Positions 14,560 through 26,784 of a stretch of DNA of 64,000 nt are shown in pieces. How positions within the stretch are numbered: the first letter of the stretch is position 1; the number at the start of each line of letters is the position of its first letter. The DNA comes from Paraphysomonas bandaiensis (lineage: Eukaryota > Protista > Chrysophyceae), in the NCBI GenBank assembly GCA_965644295.1, contig CBFFRP010000132.1, forward strand, positions 124,001 to 188,000, read 5' to 3'. The notes below the pieces were generated by a model, which was not told the DNA's origin, did no database searches, and saw only the letters and a program-made list of their open reading frames with translations. Made by a program: the position numbers and the translations under genes.

Positions 14560-15415
14560 ATACACATCTGCCTACTTGTATGTAAAACTAATGTTGATGT
14601 GCAGCTTTATCTTTGCGTCTAATACCATTTTTATGGGCCTAAGGCCTATTAATGATACGATTTGAGCTCTATCGTTATACTGATGATCAGCTGATACAAG
14701 ATTTATTCACAAGATTTATATAAAACATGATGAACCTTTCACGAGATCGAAGTAGTTTGTTTGAATTGGCCAGGTACATATAAATTACTATGGTATTATT
14801 TATCATGACAACAGATGGCTGATATATATACCAAGGATTTGTGTGGTCCAATATTTATTGAACAGTGGGAGCAAATCTTGCGGGAAAATTTAAGACTACT
14901 GAACAAATTATCGCAGAGGTACCCAAGAAGGTAAAGAGAGCTCGTCGTAACTATAGTTGGGTGTGAATGAATGGTGGGAGCTAGCTATATACTAGCAGAG
15001 TCATACGTCCACCAGTGTCCTATGAGGTTCGGTGGTTGCGTATCCGATAGCAATGTTTTTCACAAATTTAAATTTTAGAATGGTTAACTACAACAATTGA
15101 GTGGGAGTGTTGAGTTCTGCAATATGATATGATATGATATATATTGTGCAATTGAAGTGAGTTAATAGTGTGCAATAGGTGTAGTCAACCCATAGGTGTA
15201 ACGGGTGATTATAGTTACGAAGGTACAAAGGAATTAAATTCAGTTACTGATGTGTGACTTTATAATATATAGTATATAGAACTGACTGATGAGCATATGA
15301 TAAACAGATGTTGCTGAGAACAGATGATTTACCAGATGTGACATGAATATATATGTAGTGAAGTATTCAGATTAATAATTATAATTTCTTACTTGAAAGT
15401 GCATTGGTTTCAACA
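14560..15415 (+). mobile_element. Degraded 3' end of a Copia element (RNase H relic, PPT, 3' LTR 15108-15415)
   Basis: About 14808-14855 translates QQMADIYTKDLCGPIF (ADxxTK motif). GAGTGGGAG is followed by TGTTGA...TCAACA. Confidence 0.55.
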
Positions 15416-15742
15416 AGCAAGGTTAAAATTTACGTGTAGAGCAATGTTAACTTCAGTTAAATGTCCAATTCTAACACCCTTGTTCAATTGTAACTATAAT
15501 TTTACCTTACAAGCATATATAAGCAAAGTTTCTCACACCCACATAGTCACCACATTGCAATCACTAAATTGAAATGAACAAATTCTAACATTCACAACAA
15601 TATAGCTACTTCAACATCTCGTTAACTTCATGGAAAAAGTAACATCAAATATCCATTACCTCTAGATAAATAGAGATTTGCTTTAGTTTTCACTAAACTA
15701 ATAACACCACTTATAGTGCACACAATCGTAACCACATCTCTC

Positions 15743-18377
15743 TCATTTCAATAGGTCATCAGTGGTATCGGGGTACGTGTACACTGTAGAGCCTTGCTTG
15801 TACGTGTGTATAAGTTTAGTGGTAATAAACGCTATTCCAGAAAAACATAAAATCGGAACAATAATCACAAGAATTGATAGAGCATAGCGAACATCTAGAA
15901 CAAATCTGAAGCTTTTCCCTACCAAATCAGGAATACTCGCATCGAGACGTAGCCAGAATAAAGGCAACACTTTTTCGCCCATTACTTTAGGGGTAAATAT
16001 ATTGTAAGCACTGCACGGATAATGCAAGCCCGATGATGGACCGTAGCACAATGGGTCAGATGCATTGTACATTGAATAAAACAGTCCACACGTGGAGTCC
16101 AGAGACGGATTGCAATTGTACGTGTAGGTATTAACTTGATTTACGATGACGCCAGAAAGAGCGACCCCTGATGCCGGTTCAATGCTTACATGTCCTGCAT
16201 ACACAGAGTCCCCAAACTCAGTCCATGTACTGGTCGTAACAAGTTCTGGCTCAGCCAACAAATCGGCGTCATCAGAGTACCCTTCACGCGTACGGTAGAG
16301 ATTCACGCCAGTGGTGGATGCACTGGCACGCGCAGAATTGGAAGACTGCGAAAGTGAAGCTTCCTCAGATCCGTAGAAGAGAGGGGTACTCATAATAAGT
16401 GGACGACCACCCGCAGAATACGCAATGTTATTCATATTCTGGTAGGGTAATTCCCCGGCACGTTGTCTTAATTCCTTATCTGCAGTATCGGTGGCGAGGG
16501 TCAAGTCGGGTTTGAATTTATTCACCTCTACCCCGTCGATAAGGTGTGTCTTATCCCACTTGGTGCGCACAACGGTTCGGCTGTATAGGTTCCACATATC
16601 ATCTTCCTTTGACTCAGGTTCACCATCCGTAAGCTGGTAGTCCAGAAATCCCGATGTGACACCTCGTGGTTTGCGAATCACCATGTTGTATCCAGCAACA
16701 GGAGTTACGGAAGTGGTTCCGGCGGAAGGATTCGTCAGTCCAAGTTTGACTACTGAAGGGTCAGCCCACGGCATGTTCGGATAGGTGTACGTATTTGGTG
16801 TAAACCATTCCTTGTACTCCGTCTCACCCTTCCACACTTTTTGTCGAAAGCGATCCTCGCTATCTGCACACGCAGTATATACAACTGTCTCGGGGGAAGG
16901 TGTAATAAATTGTTCAGCTTCTGAATTAGAGTAAACGCGACGCGGTTGTGACAAACCACTGACCCATTGCATGCATCCTAACCCAGCGCCAGAAAGACTG
17001 AAAGCGCTCGACTGGAACGACGTCAGGCAGCAAGGCATATCAGTACTGCCATCTGCGCAAGTCTTGGATGAACCGGAATCTAGGGTAAGGATAGTTCCAA
17101 TTACAATCGCAACGCTGAATGGCTTGCAATCAACACCCTCTAAGTAACGCAGATCGTCTGCACGTTGCTCTGAAAGGCCCATTGCAACAAGGTCATCGCG
17201 CGAAGGAACCGTACCCACACATTCGACATCCCTCAACGCACTGACGCCGGAAGACATGTACGCCTGAGACACCTCCGAGATTGATGGACAGTAGGACACA
17301 TAACAGGCGTCCCGCATGTCTTGCGTAAGGTTACTTGACAGATCAATTATATAGTCAGTTGAGGGAGATGACCCACTGCTTACAGCAGCGCTGACCGCTA
17401 GTAGCCCGAGTAGTGAGGAAGGATGCCCCCAAAGCATCTCAGACACCGCAACATTGCGTACTAAAGAGGAGTACGCGCCAGTAGAAAGAGTGAAATCAGA
17501 GGATTCATTCGAAAGCTTCACGCCGTTGTCATATTTCGACAACCACGAGACCATACCGCCAGCTTTTGAAGTCTTGCTCACAACATTGTTACACACATTT
17601 TCGGGGTCACTTGCATTAACAGCATAGCAGCATCTGCAAGTAGCAGATGGGGATCCACGTTCAGACGAGGAGCATAAAGGTACTGACGCAGAACTGGAAA
17701 TTAGACCGATTTGTGTGGTCGTGCATGTCATGCCAAGAAGCAGAAGTCCTTCGTGTTGAGCACTTGCGAATGATGAGGAATATCCATAATTTTGAATATT
17801 AACTCTATCACTCAGCCGACATCCATCACATGAATTGGACAGCTTTTCGGAAAATTCATAGTACATGTTATAAGAAACAGTCCCTGCCGACTCCGAGAAA
17901 TCAACACCCTTCTTGATTGTATCCAATTTTACACCATAGGGGCCCATTTCGTGAATCTCCGCAGTATCACCGTTCAAAAATCCAATAGGATTAGATATAT
18001 TAAAGCTCCAGACGGTTACCATTTGAGGTGGAGTTTTCTTGAATTTATCTGTGGAAGGATGGCTATCTGAGCACACCTGACAATTATTCATGCGGTAGCC
18101 ATAAGTTAGTACAAAGCGCATGATGGTAGAATTTATGCAGCAGTACCTCTGTAACGGTTTCAATAGTTTCTTTGAGCTCTTCTGTGTACACAAAATATGT
18201 AACAATGAAAGCCAAAGCGACCACTGAGAGGAGACTGATTGCGGCTATTTGTCTGGCGATAGACCGCACGGGGGGTTTGTTGGCGAGTGTCTTCTCTATC
18301 TCCACACCACTCTGCTTCTCCTTCTCCTTCTCCCCCTCCTCCTTCTCCCCCCAAGCATAGTGCTTCGTCTCACACAT
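15743..18377 (-). CDS. CD36/scavenger-receptor class B-like protein, copy A (exons 18377-18147, 18076-15743)
   Basis: N- and C-terminal TM helices. CD36 motifs FNISNP..EMGPY, SIEPASG and LPLFW. Enlarged Cys-rich ectodomain. Confidence 0.8.
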
Positions 18378-21300
18378 GATATGTAGATATAGGCCTCTGT
18401 GATCAACTGATTATTATCCTCCACAGCTCACACTAATATCTGATGTGACCATAGATTGGGTTGGTTGTTGTTCTGATTGCAAGTCAATAACGCCCTTATT
18501 TTGGGGAATCCCAAGCACTGAATATATCTTGGAGACGATGATATCCTATGGACACATTGAGGGGGGAAGGTCGTGTGTGGTTCGTGTTGTGGGTGCAGTG
18601 TGTTGGTGTAATGCGGTATGGAGGCACTGTGTTCGTATGTGGGTCACTATAACGCACATTCATGCGTGTATACGGCCGGTATGGACACGCGGTAGGCATC
18701 CCTACACATCCATTGCACTCCAGCCTCCCCGTTTTTTGTCCCCCTAAATTCCCCCGTATATCCATATACAGTACCATGCTATATCTTGTCCCACATATTT
18801 TTTATCTTCCCCAGTGTACTCCCGTATACCGTCCGCTCCATCTATCCGTGAGGATACTGTCCGTTACCCAGCACTGACAGCCACCATCAGCCTCGCACGT
18901 TTTTTGAAACACGCAGGCCGGTGTGTGTATCTTATAGACACCCACACATCGTACAGCAGCAGCTGGTGTGCTTTGCATAGCACGGAATTCATTAAGCGTG
19001 ACATCGCAAGAAGTTGCTGGATTAAATTGTTCATAACGCTTACATTGGGAGAGGTCGAACACAATGGGTGAGAGTGAGAAGCAAGCACTGGAGACTGAGA
19101 AGGAGAAGGAGTACAACCAAACGAAAGTACATGTCAAAAGCCCTATTGTGAAGTACATCGGCATGGTTGTGCTCCTTTTCCTCATTGCTTTGGCGTTTAT
19201 TATTGCATATTTTGTCTATGACGATAACTTGAAGCACAGAATGGAGACTGTAACGGAGGTACGTAACGGAAAGAGAACTTCACAAGAAATTGTAACATGA
19301 CGATATTCTCCAGGTGTGCACGGATAGCCACCCCTCTGCCAGTACATTTAAAGATTCCATATCCCAAAACTTGAGAGTGAGGCCATTTAATATATCTAAT
19401 CCAATTGGATTTTTGAATGGTGATACTGCGGAGATTCACGAAATGGGCCCCTATGGTGTAAAATTAGATGCAATCAAGAAGGGTGTTGATTTCTCGGAGT
19501 CAGCAGGGACTGTTTCTTATAACATGTACTATGAATTTTCCGAAAAGCTGTCCAATTCATGTGATGGATGTCGGCTGAGTGATAGAGTTAATATTCAAAA
19601 TTATGGATATTCCTCATCATTCGCAAGTGCTCAACACGAAGGACTTCTGCTTCTTGGCATGACATGCACGACCACACAAATCGGTCTAATTTCCAGTTCT
19701 GCGTCAGTACCTTTATGCTCCTCGTCTGAACGTGGATCCCCATCTGCTACTTGCAGATGCTGCTATGCTGTTAATGCAAGTGACCCCGAAAATGTGTGTA
19801 ACAATGTTGTGAGCAAGACTTCAAAAGCTGGCGGTATGGTCTCGTGGTTGTCGAAATATGACAACGGCGTGAAGCTTTCGAATGAATCCTCTGATTTCAC
19901 TCTTTCTACTGGCGCGTACTCCTCTTTAGTACGCAATGTTGCGGTGTCTGAGATGCTTTGGGGGCATCCTTCCTCACTATCTGGGCTACTAGCGGTCAGC
20001 GCTGCTGTAAGCAGTGGGTCATCTCCCTCAACTGACTATATAATTGATCTGTCAAGTAACCTTACGCAAGACATGCGGGACGCCTGTTATGTGTCCTACT
20101 GTCCATCAATCTCAGAGGTGTCTCAGGCGTATATGTCTTCCGGCGTCAGTGCGTTGAGGGATGTGGAATGTGTGGGTACGGTTCCTTCGCGCGATGACCT
20201 TGTTGCAATGGGCCTTTCAGAGCAACGTGCAGACGATCTGCGTTACTTAGAGGGTGTTGATTGCAAGCCATTCAGCGTTGCGATTGTAATTGGAACTATC
20301 CTTACCCTAGATTCCGGTTCATCCAAGACTTGCGCAGATGGCAGTACTGATATGCCTTGCTGCTTGACGTCGTTCCAGTCGAGCGCTTTCAGTCTTTCTG
20401 GCGCTGGGTTAGGATGCTTGCAATATGTGAATGGTTTGTTACAACCGCGTCGCGTTTACTCTAATTCAGAAGCTGAACAGTTTATTACCCCCTCTCCTGA
20501 AGTTCAGGTCAGTATTGCAATTGTTTTGATTTATTTCCTTAACGGTCCTTGTTGTGCAGGCATATACTGCATGTGCAGATAGCGAGGATCGATTCCAACA
20601 GAAAGTGTGGAGGGGTGAGACAGAGTACAAGGAATGGTTTACACCAAATACGTACACCTATCCGAACATGCCGTGGGCTGACCCTTCAGTAGTCAAACTT
20701 GGACTGGCGAATCCTACCGCCGGAACCACTACAATCAGTGAGGTCGGAGGCTATATTCTTGGAATTCGCAAACCACGAGGTGTCACATCGGGATTTCTGG
20801 ACTACCAGCTTACGGATGGTGAACCTGAGTCAAAGGAAGATTACGTATGGATCACATATCGGCGCGGATCCGTTGCTACCCAGTGGGATAAGACACACCT
20901 TATCGACGGGGTAGAGGTGAATAAATTCAAACCCGACTTGACCCTCGCCACCGATACTGCAGATAAGGAATTAAGACAACGTGCCGGGGAATTACCCTAC
21001 CAGAATATGAAAAACGTCGCGTATTCTGCGGGTGGTCGTCCACTTATTATGAGCTTCCCTCTCTTCTACGGATCTGAGGAAGCTTCACTTTCGCAGTCTT
21101 CCAATTCTGCGCGTGCCAGTGCATCCACCACTGGCGTGAATCTCTACCGTACGCGTGAAGGGTACTCTGATGACGCCGATTTGTTGGCTGAGCCAGAACT
21201 TGTTACGACCAGTACATGGACTGAGTTTGGGGACTCTGTGTATGCAGGACATGTAAGCATTGAACCGGCATCAGGGGTCGCTCTTTCTGGCGACATCGTA

Positions 21301-21490
21301 AATCAAATTAATACCTACACGTACAATTGCAATCCGTCTCTGGACTCCACGTGTGGACTGTTTTATTCAATGTACAATGCATCTGACCCATTGTGCTACG
21401 GTCCATCATCGGGCTTGCATTATCCGTGCAGTGCTTACAATATATTTACCCCTAAAGTAATGGGAGAGAAAGTACATCCTCTGTACTGGC
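15960..21490. repeat. Large inverted duplication (arms about 15960-18005 and 19385-21490)
   Basis: The arms are reverse complements with long identical stretches. Confidence 0.95.
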
Positions 21491-21699
21491 TTCATGTTGA
21501 TACCAACATTCCTGATTTTGTCGGAAGAAGATTTAAATCTCTTCTGGATACAAGGTATGCCCTGTCTATTCTTGTGATTGTTGTTCCGATTTTATGTTTT
21601 TCTGGAATTTCTGTGATTGTATGGATGGTAATGTCGAGTACGAAACGGTATGCGCCGACCGCCTCAGATGATTGCCTTCCTTCGAATTCACACAAGTGA
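19064..21699 (+). CDS. CD36/scavenger-receptor class B-like protein, copy B (exons 19064-19258, 19314-20507, 20560-21699)
   Basis: Near-identical to copy A over about 2 kb, with the same motifs and one extra intron. Confidence 0.8.
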
Positions 21700-22287
21700 G
21701 CACGTTGTAGTTGCAGTCTAGTTTAGTAACTGATAACAGTTATTTTACTAGTTTCGATATTGTACACATACGGTGGTACGTATCACTCTGTATGTGTTAC
21801 ACTGAAAGTTTTTTTTCTTCACCTCTGTCGTAATACTAAAAACATAATTATTCTATAGTTTACATGTGAATAATCTTTAACAGTCACACTTGTTACAGGC
21901 GCTGTTCGTCAGTATATCACAATATCTCACATTTTACCACCTCTTTAAATTAATAAAAAATGTACGAAATGTAAATTCTATGATTCGAGTATCATTACTT
22001 CAGTTTTATCGACAGTTTATAGATGTGCTGCTATCACACATTTACTTATTATCATTTATATGAATCCCCACATTTATGTCAAAATATTATTAAAGGAGAG
22101 TGGTCCATGATCTGCCCATTTCCAATGTTGTAGGCTCTGCAATTATCTCTCATTTCCGATTCTTAGTCCGTTTCTTAGAAGCACAATATACAATATACTA
22201 TTATCTTAGAAATAGCAAACCTCAACACTCCACTTCTCAGTGTGAATAAAGAATTGATTAGTAATAGTAAAACAACAATGTTGTGAT

Positions 22288-22509
22288 TATTAGAGTGTAA
22301 GTAATGAACACGATAGAGTGAGAATTATGAATAACAATATAGAACATAACTATCATGCGCAACGGAATAGTTAGAAGTGTAACTGATAATGACGACGATA
22401 TGATGACGATCATGTATCTTTGACAGATACTCTCTGATTCAGTTCATGATATATTTCATTGAACATTATAACTCACAGATACAATCTTGTATTAAGCTGA
22501 ATCCTAATA
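22288..22509 (-). repeat. Putative 3' LTR of the old Copia with TATTAG...CTAATA termini
   Basis: Directly follows the PPT (GAGGGGGTG on the minus strand) and has a 6-bp terminal inverted repeat. The same TATT...AATA ends occur on the solo LTR at 42786-43079. Confidence 0.55.
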
Positions 22510-22919
22510 CACCCCCTCAATGAAATAAGGGTTAGGGTTGAGTGAGATTATGAAAGTCTGATTATTACATGAGTACGGTTGCGTACAGAAACTAGTTTAT
22601 GTAACGGGTTGAGTGAGAAAGTGATAAATATTCATGGACTTAGTGTGTGTTGTTCATACAGTGAATGGAAAGTTTTATGATGTAATGTATTCATGATCGT
22701 ACGTAAGTTGTATATTTAAATCACAAGTGGCTAGAAACAATGTAGCTACGAGTAGGGCAATGACTGCTGGCATCATGATGATCAATGGGTTGACAGTGGT
22801 AGTATGAGGGTAGATAACGTGGTTGCTGGTAAGCAAAAAGGCGCTTCTGTTACATCCTATGAGACTTAAAATTATAATAAAATTAATATTTTTTGTTGTC
22901 TCTAACCCTAATACCACAA

Positions 22920-23015
22920 ATAGAATGTTTCTTTAACATTTCTACTTAAATACTGTAAATACTCCTAAATTTCCCAAAATATCGTAAAATTCCCACGTTT
23001 GCATAATGTTTACTT
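22920..23015. mobile_element. Orphan terminus of the AAG...CTT DNA transposon family (direct-pair type end)
   Basis: TCCCACGTTTGCATAATGTTTACTT is 24/25 identical to the end at 34952-34976. A second TCCC motif lies 19 bp inward. Confidence 0.6.
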
Positions 23016-24085
23016 TCAGTGAAACGTAGATAATAGAGAGTAAAAACACACTGAGAGTAAAAACCAGTGTAGCAGTCACTAGTCAATAATAAACGAACTG
23101 CAGAGATGCCATATTGTGAGACCATCCTTCTAGTCCAGCATCATGTATTGAATAAAAGTAAAAAAAATGGTAAAAACTCCGTGTAACTCAAACTAGCCAT
23201 CTAGGTCGCTTGTGGCTTGGTAATTGTGATTTAGGTGTCTCTGAGGTTGTTGATCGCTTTCTGTTGTTGCTGGATGGGATGTCGAACCCAGTTCCCTCCA
23301 TCAATGTAGTTCGCAATATGTGAGGAAGTTAGTTTCTCCTAGTGGTTTCGTAAGGAGGTCGGCTAACATTGACTTTGTGGATATATGATCCACAGTCAAA
23401 ATGTTCTCCGCAATATGTTCTCGGGTGAAGTGATATCGAATCGCGATGTTTGTACGTCGATGATGAGTAGGATTGTAACATAATTGGACTGCACCTTTAT
23501 TATCGCACCAAATAGTTGTTGAGAATGGAAGTTTGAAACCAATTTCTGATAATAAAGAGCGTAGCCATAATGCTTCCTGAGCTGCTGACGATAAAGCCAT
23601 ATACTCAGCTTCAGTAGATGACAATGCCACAGTTGTCTGTAATCGAGATTGCCATGATATAAGACAATTACCTATGAAGAATGTAAAAGCTGTAGTGGAC
23701 CGTCGAGTGAGGTGACATCGTGCCCAATCGCTATCGCAGTATCTTGACAATAAGTCGGTGTGATCATGAAACCTGGTAAAGTGATTTCACCAGGTTTCAT
23801 ATATGGAAAAGTTTCATATAAGTGCTTATTTGAAGTCTGTATTAATATTAGTTATAACTTAGTTGTTGTATATTATCAATTATATATATTATTTTAAAAA
23901 TATTTTACTAAAATACTGTATTATATTGTTACTTCTCATATAAATCTACTGTATTACTACTTATGAAAATCTCACATCAACGTAACACTACTATATATAT
24001 ATTATGCACAGACAACACATACACGAAGTAATAAAATGCAGACACAATATCCCTGAATTAATTACGCTTCACCGAAAACGATATT

Positions 24086-25857
24086 TTATTTGAAGTAATT
24101 CTGCAACACTAAGTTCTCGTACAAAATATTCTTCTTTTCCGCATCATGTAATCGATGCAGTCGATCAGTTTGATCTTGCACTGTAGACATAAGCATAAAA
24201 GAATTTCGACCATCACTACAATGAACAGCTTGTTGAGGTGCAAGAGACACACCAGTATCATCACAAGCACCAAGAGAAGCAGTACGTGCCACAGGGATAG
24301 TAGGAGGTACAGGCGGTTCGGAAACACCAACAATAGATGCAGGCTGAGCAGAGGGATCGTGCTGTACAGGTGAGGGAGCCACTTCTCTGCTTGATACGAT
24401 CTGCTTCATCTCGTCTCTCAACTCCATACACATAGCCTGGGACTCTTTCAGTTGTTGCATCAACTCTTTGACGACAGCATCCTGGTGAAGGGGAGGGGGT
24501 GGATGAGGAATACCCCCATCCTGGTGGGTGGGAGGGGATGCATGAGAAATACTTCTATCCTCAATCGTGATTACTTCGTCATCATGGTACTTCCCCTGCA
24601 CAATAAAAGTCAAAAGTTAAATAAAATATCCAAAGCATAAAAGCAGACATTTCTTACGACTTTACTCCGCTTCGGTTTCTTAGAAGAGATCTTCTCGACC
24701 AGTTCCTGCGCCTTCTTCATGGCGCAGGCCTTCTTGCGCCGCCCACACACTTTTGGCACCACTATACTGTTGTCCGAATGAACTTTCTTGGTTCTCCGGC
24801 CAGCCCCCTTTCGCTTTCCTTCAGAGGGTTCCTGGTCCCAGCCATCCGTCTCAACAACAACAAATGACCCCGTTTCATCCTTGTTTGGTCCTCTCTCCGG
24901 GACATAGGTAAAGTCATGGATTTCAAACCAATTACCTAAGGAAGATATCAGTCTATCATGGTCCTCAAACTCCAGAGGAAGATATCTGTATTCCTTCTTA
25001 AACTTCGAGATCCCCTGTACGCGGAACCACTGTTCCATTGTGCCATCTGCTAACGGTAGAAGCATGGCATCATACCTTGGGGCAACGCACTTGGTCCGGA
25101 GTAAGCAGCCGACGTAAAATCTCTGGCCTCTACGGTCTTCGACGATTGCACGACTTATTGACAGGTTATCCAACCTCCTGTTATAATGAGCAGACAGCAA
25201 TATATAGTGATATAATAGCCCACACTTATCATGGACCTCGAGGTCAATGAATAATTTCAGCGGGGTGTTATTAGGATCACTCATAAATGGTTTGTGAACA
25301 AAACATTGCTCACACCCTGCTAACGTAACAGAGAGTGACTCTGACGAAGATTTGAAGAGTGCAACGAATGTAGATAGGTAATCTACGGCGGCCACGTCAC
25401 CGTTTCCGTCTGCTGTAGCAGCATTAGCAACCACATCAGTTGCTTCAGCAACTACATCAGTAGTATCAGTAACTACATCAGTTGCATCGGCAACTACATC
25501 AGTTGCAACATCAGCCACATCAGTTGCATCGGGAACTACATCAGCTGCAACATCAGCCACATCAGTTGCATCGGGAACTACATCATTTGCATCGGCAACT
25601 ACATCAGCTGCAACATCAGCCCCATGAGTGGCATCAGCAACAGAATCAGTTGCATCAGCAATCACATCATAGGGGACAACCTGAGAATCTTCATCAAAAA
25701 GTCCACGCACTTCTTCCTTGTCTACTGTGTGACACGGTTCACACAATAACTTTAGAGCCGAACATCCCTTCTCTGCGATTATAAATTGTGACCCACATCG
25801 TGAGCACTGATCAAAATCATCAGTGTCACTAGTAGAAGAATCTGAGTCACAGCTCAT
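24086..25857 (-). CDS. Transposon partner gene (exons 25857-24658, 24595-24086; about 569 aa): CxxC-CxxC N-terminus, acidic repeat, basic NLS-like stretch, coiled coils
   Basis: Two ORFs are joined in frame by a GT-AG intron (24657-24596). The gene lies inside the TIRs, divergent from the transposase. Confidence 0.7.
25425..25665 (-). repeat. Coding minisatellite (21/30-nt units) encoding DATDV(A/V)ADVV repeats
   Basis: Repeated GCAACTACATCAGTTGCATC-like units. Confidence 0.9.
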
Positions 25858-26339
25858 AGTTTACTATATTAATATTATATGGTCAATGCCAAATATATAT
25901 TAATATAGTAATATGGTCAACGTTGTGTGTATATGTATATATATAATGGTGTGTTAAGTTATGCATATATATTATGGTCATGATGTGCGTGTTGTAAGCA
26001 CTGCTCGTGCAGTGTGGTTGCGGTGTTGTGTGATGCACACCGCGTCCTCACCACACACTCATGACGCGTGTTCGATTCTCTTGTGGGGTGCTTTTGGTCA
26101 AATTCAAATTTTTTTTGTACGTGTTTTTCTATATGTTATGCTGCGCTTGATCTGTGGGGTGATCTGAGAGCATATTTGAAAATGCACTTCACTCACAATC
26201 ATTCATATCATCATTATTATCACACACACTACCACACTAACACAACACAGTAGCTCACAACACTAATAATAAGTTCTTCGAAGGTAATCACATTCAGTTC
26301 TTGTAAATCTCTGTATGCGCTGTACTGCCTCTCAACACC

Positions 26340-26750
26340 ATAGTGTATGTTACGCTTTGCCCTGGCTCATAATCTGCTCCGTATGGTTCAGCATGTGCAT
26401 GTGATGGCATCTGGTTCATACTTGTATATGTATGACTGTATATAGCGAATTAGAAATGCATCTAGCAGAGTGTGAGTCATTCTTTTGCCCCTGCACAAAC
26501 TCTGCAACCGGCAGCTGAACGGGGTTTCACTGCAGGATGTAGCTTGTGCTGAGCGATGGCAATGAATGTTCACTTGTATAATAGTGTATGTTACGCTTTG
26601 CCCTGGCACATATTCTGCTCCATATGGCCATATGGTTCAGCATGTGCATGTGATGGCATCGGTTTCATACCGTGTATGTATGGCAGTATAGCTAGAAAAG
26701 CATGTATTTTTGCACGTGGTGTGATTCACTTTTTTGCCCCTGCACGAATA
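26340..26750 (+). repeat. Imperfect tandem duplication (period about 240 bp) between the two transposon genes
   Basis: TAGTGTATGTTACGCTTTGCCCTGGC...GGTTCAGCATGTGCATGTGATGGCATC...TTTTGCCCCTGCAC occurs at about 26341 and 26582. Confidence 0.85.
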
Positions 26751-26784
26751 ATTCCTTACTTCTTGTATATATTATTATGTAGTT

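Noticed and set aside
22127-22240. Possible extra PPT+LTR start similar to 15100-15115
   Set aside because: The match is only about 11-12 bp and no boundaries or TSD can be defined.
22526-22540. Telomere-like TAAGGGTTAGGGTT
   Set aside because: Only about two units; not an array.
25425-25665. CRISPR-like array
   Set aside because: The units are contiguous, in-frame coding repeats without unique spacers, in a eukaryotic context.
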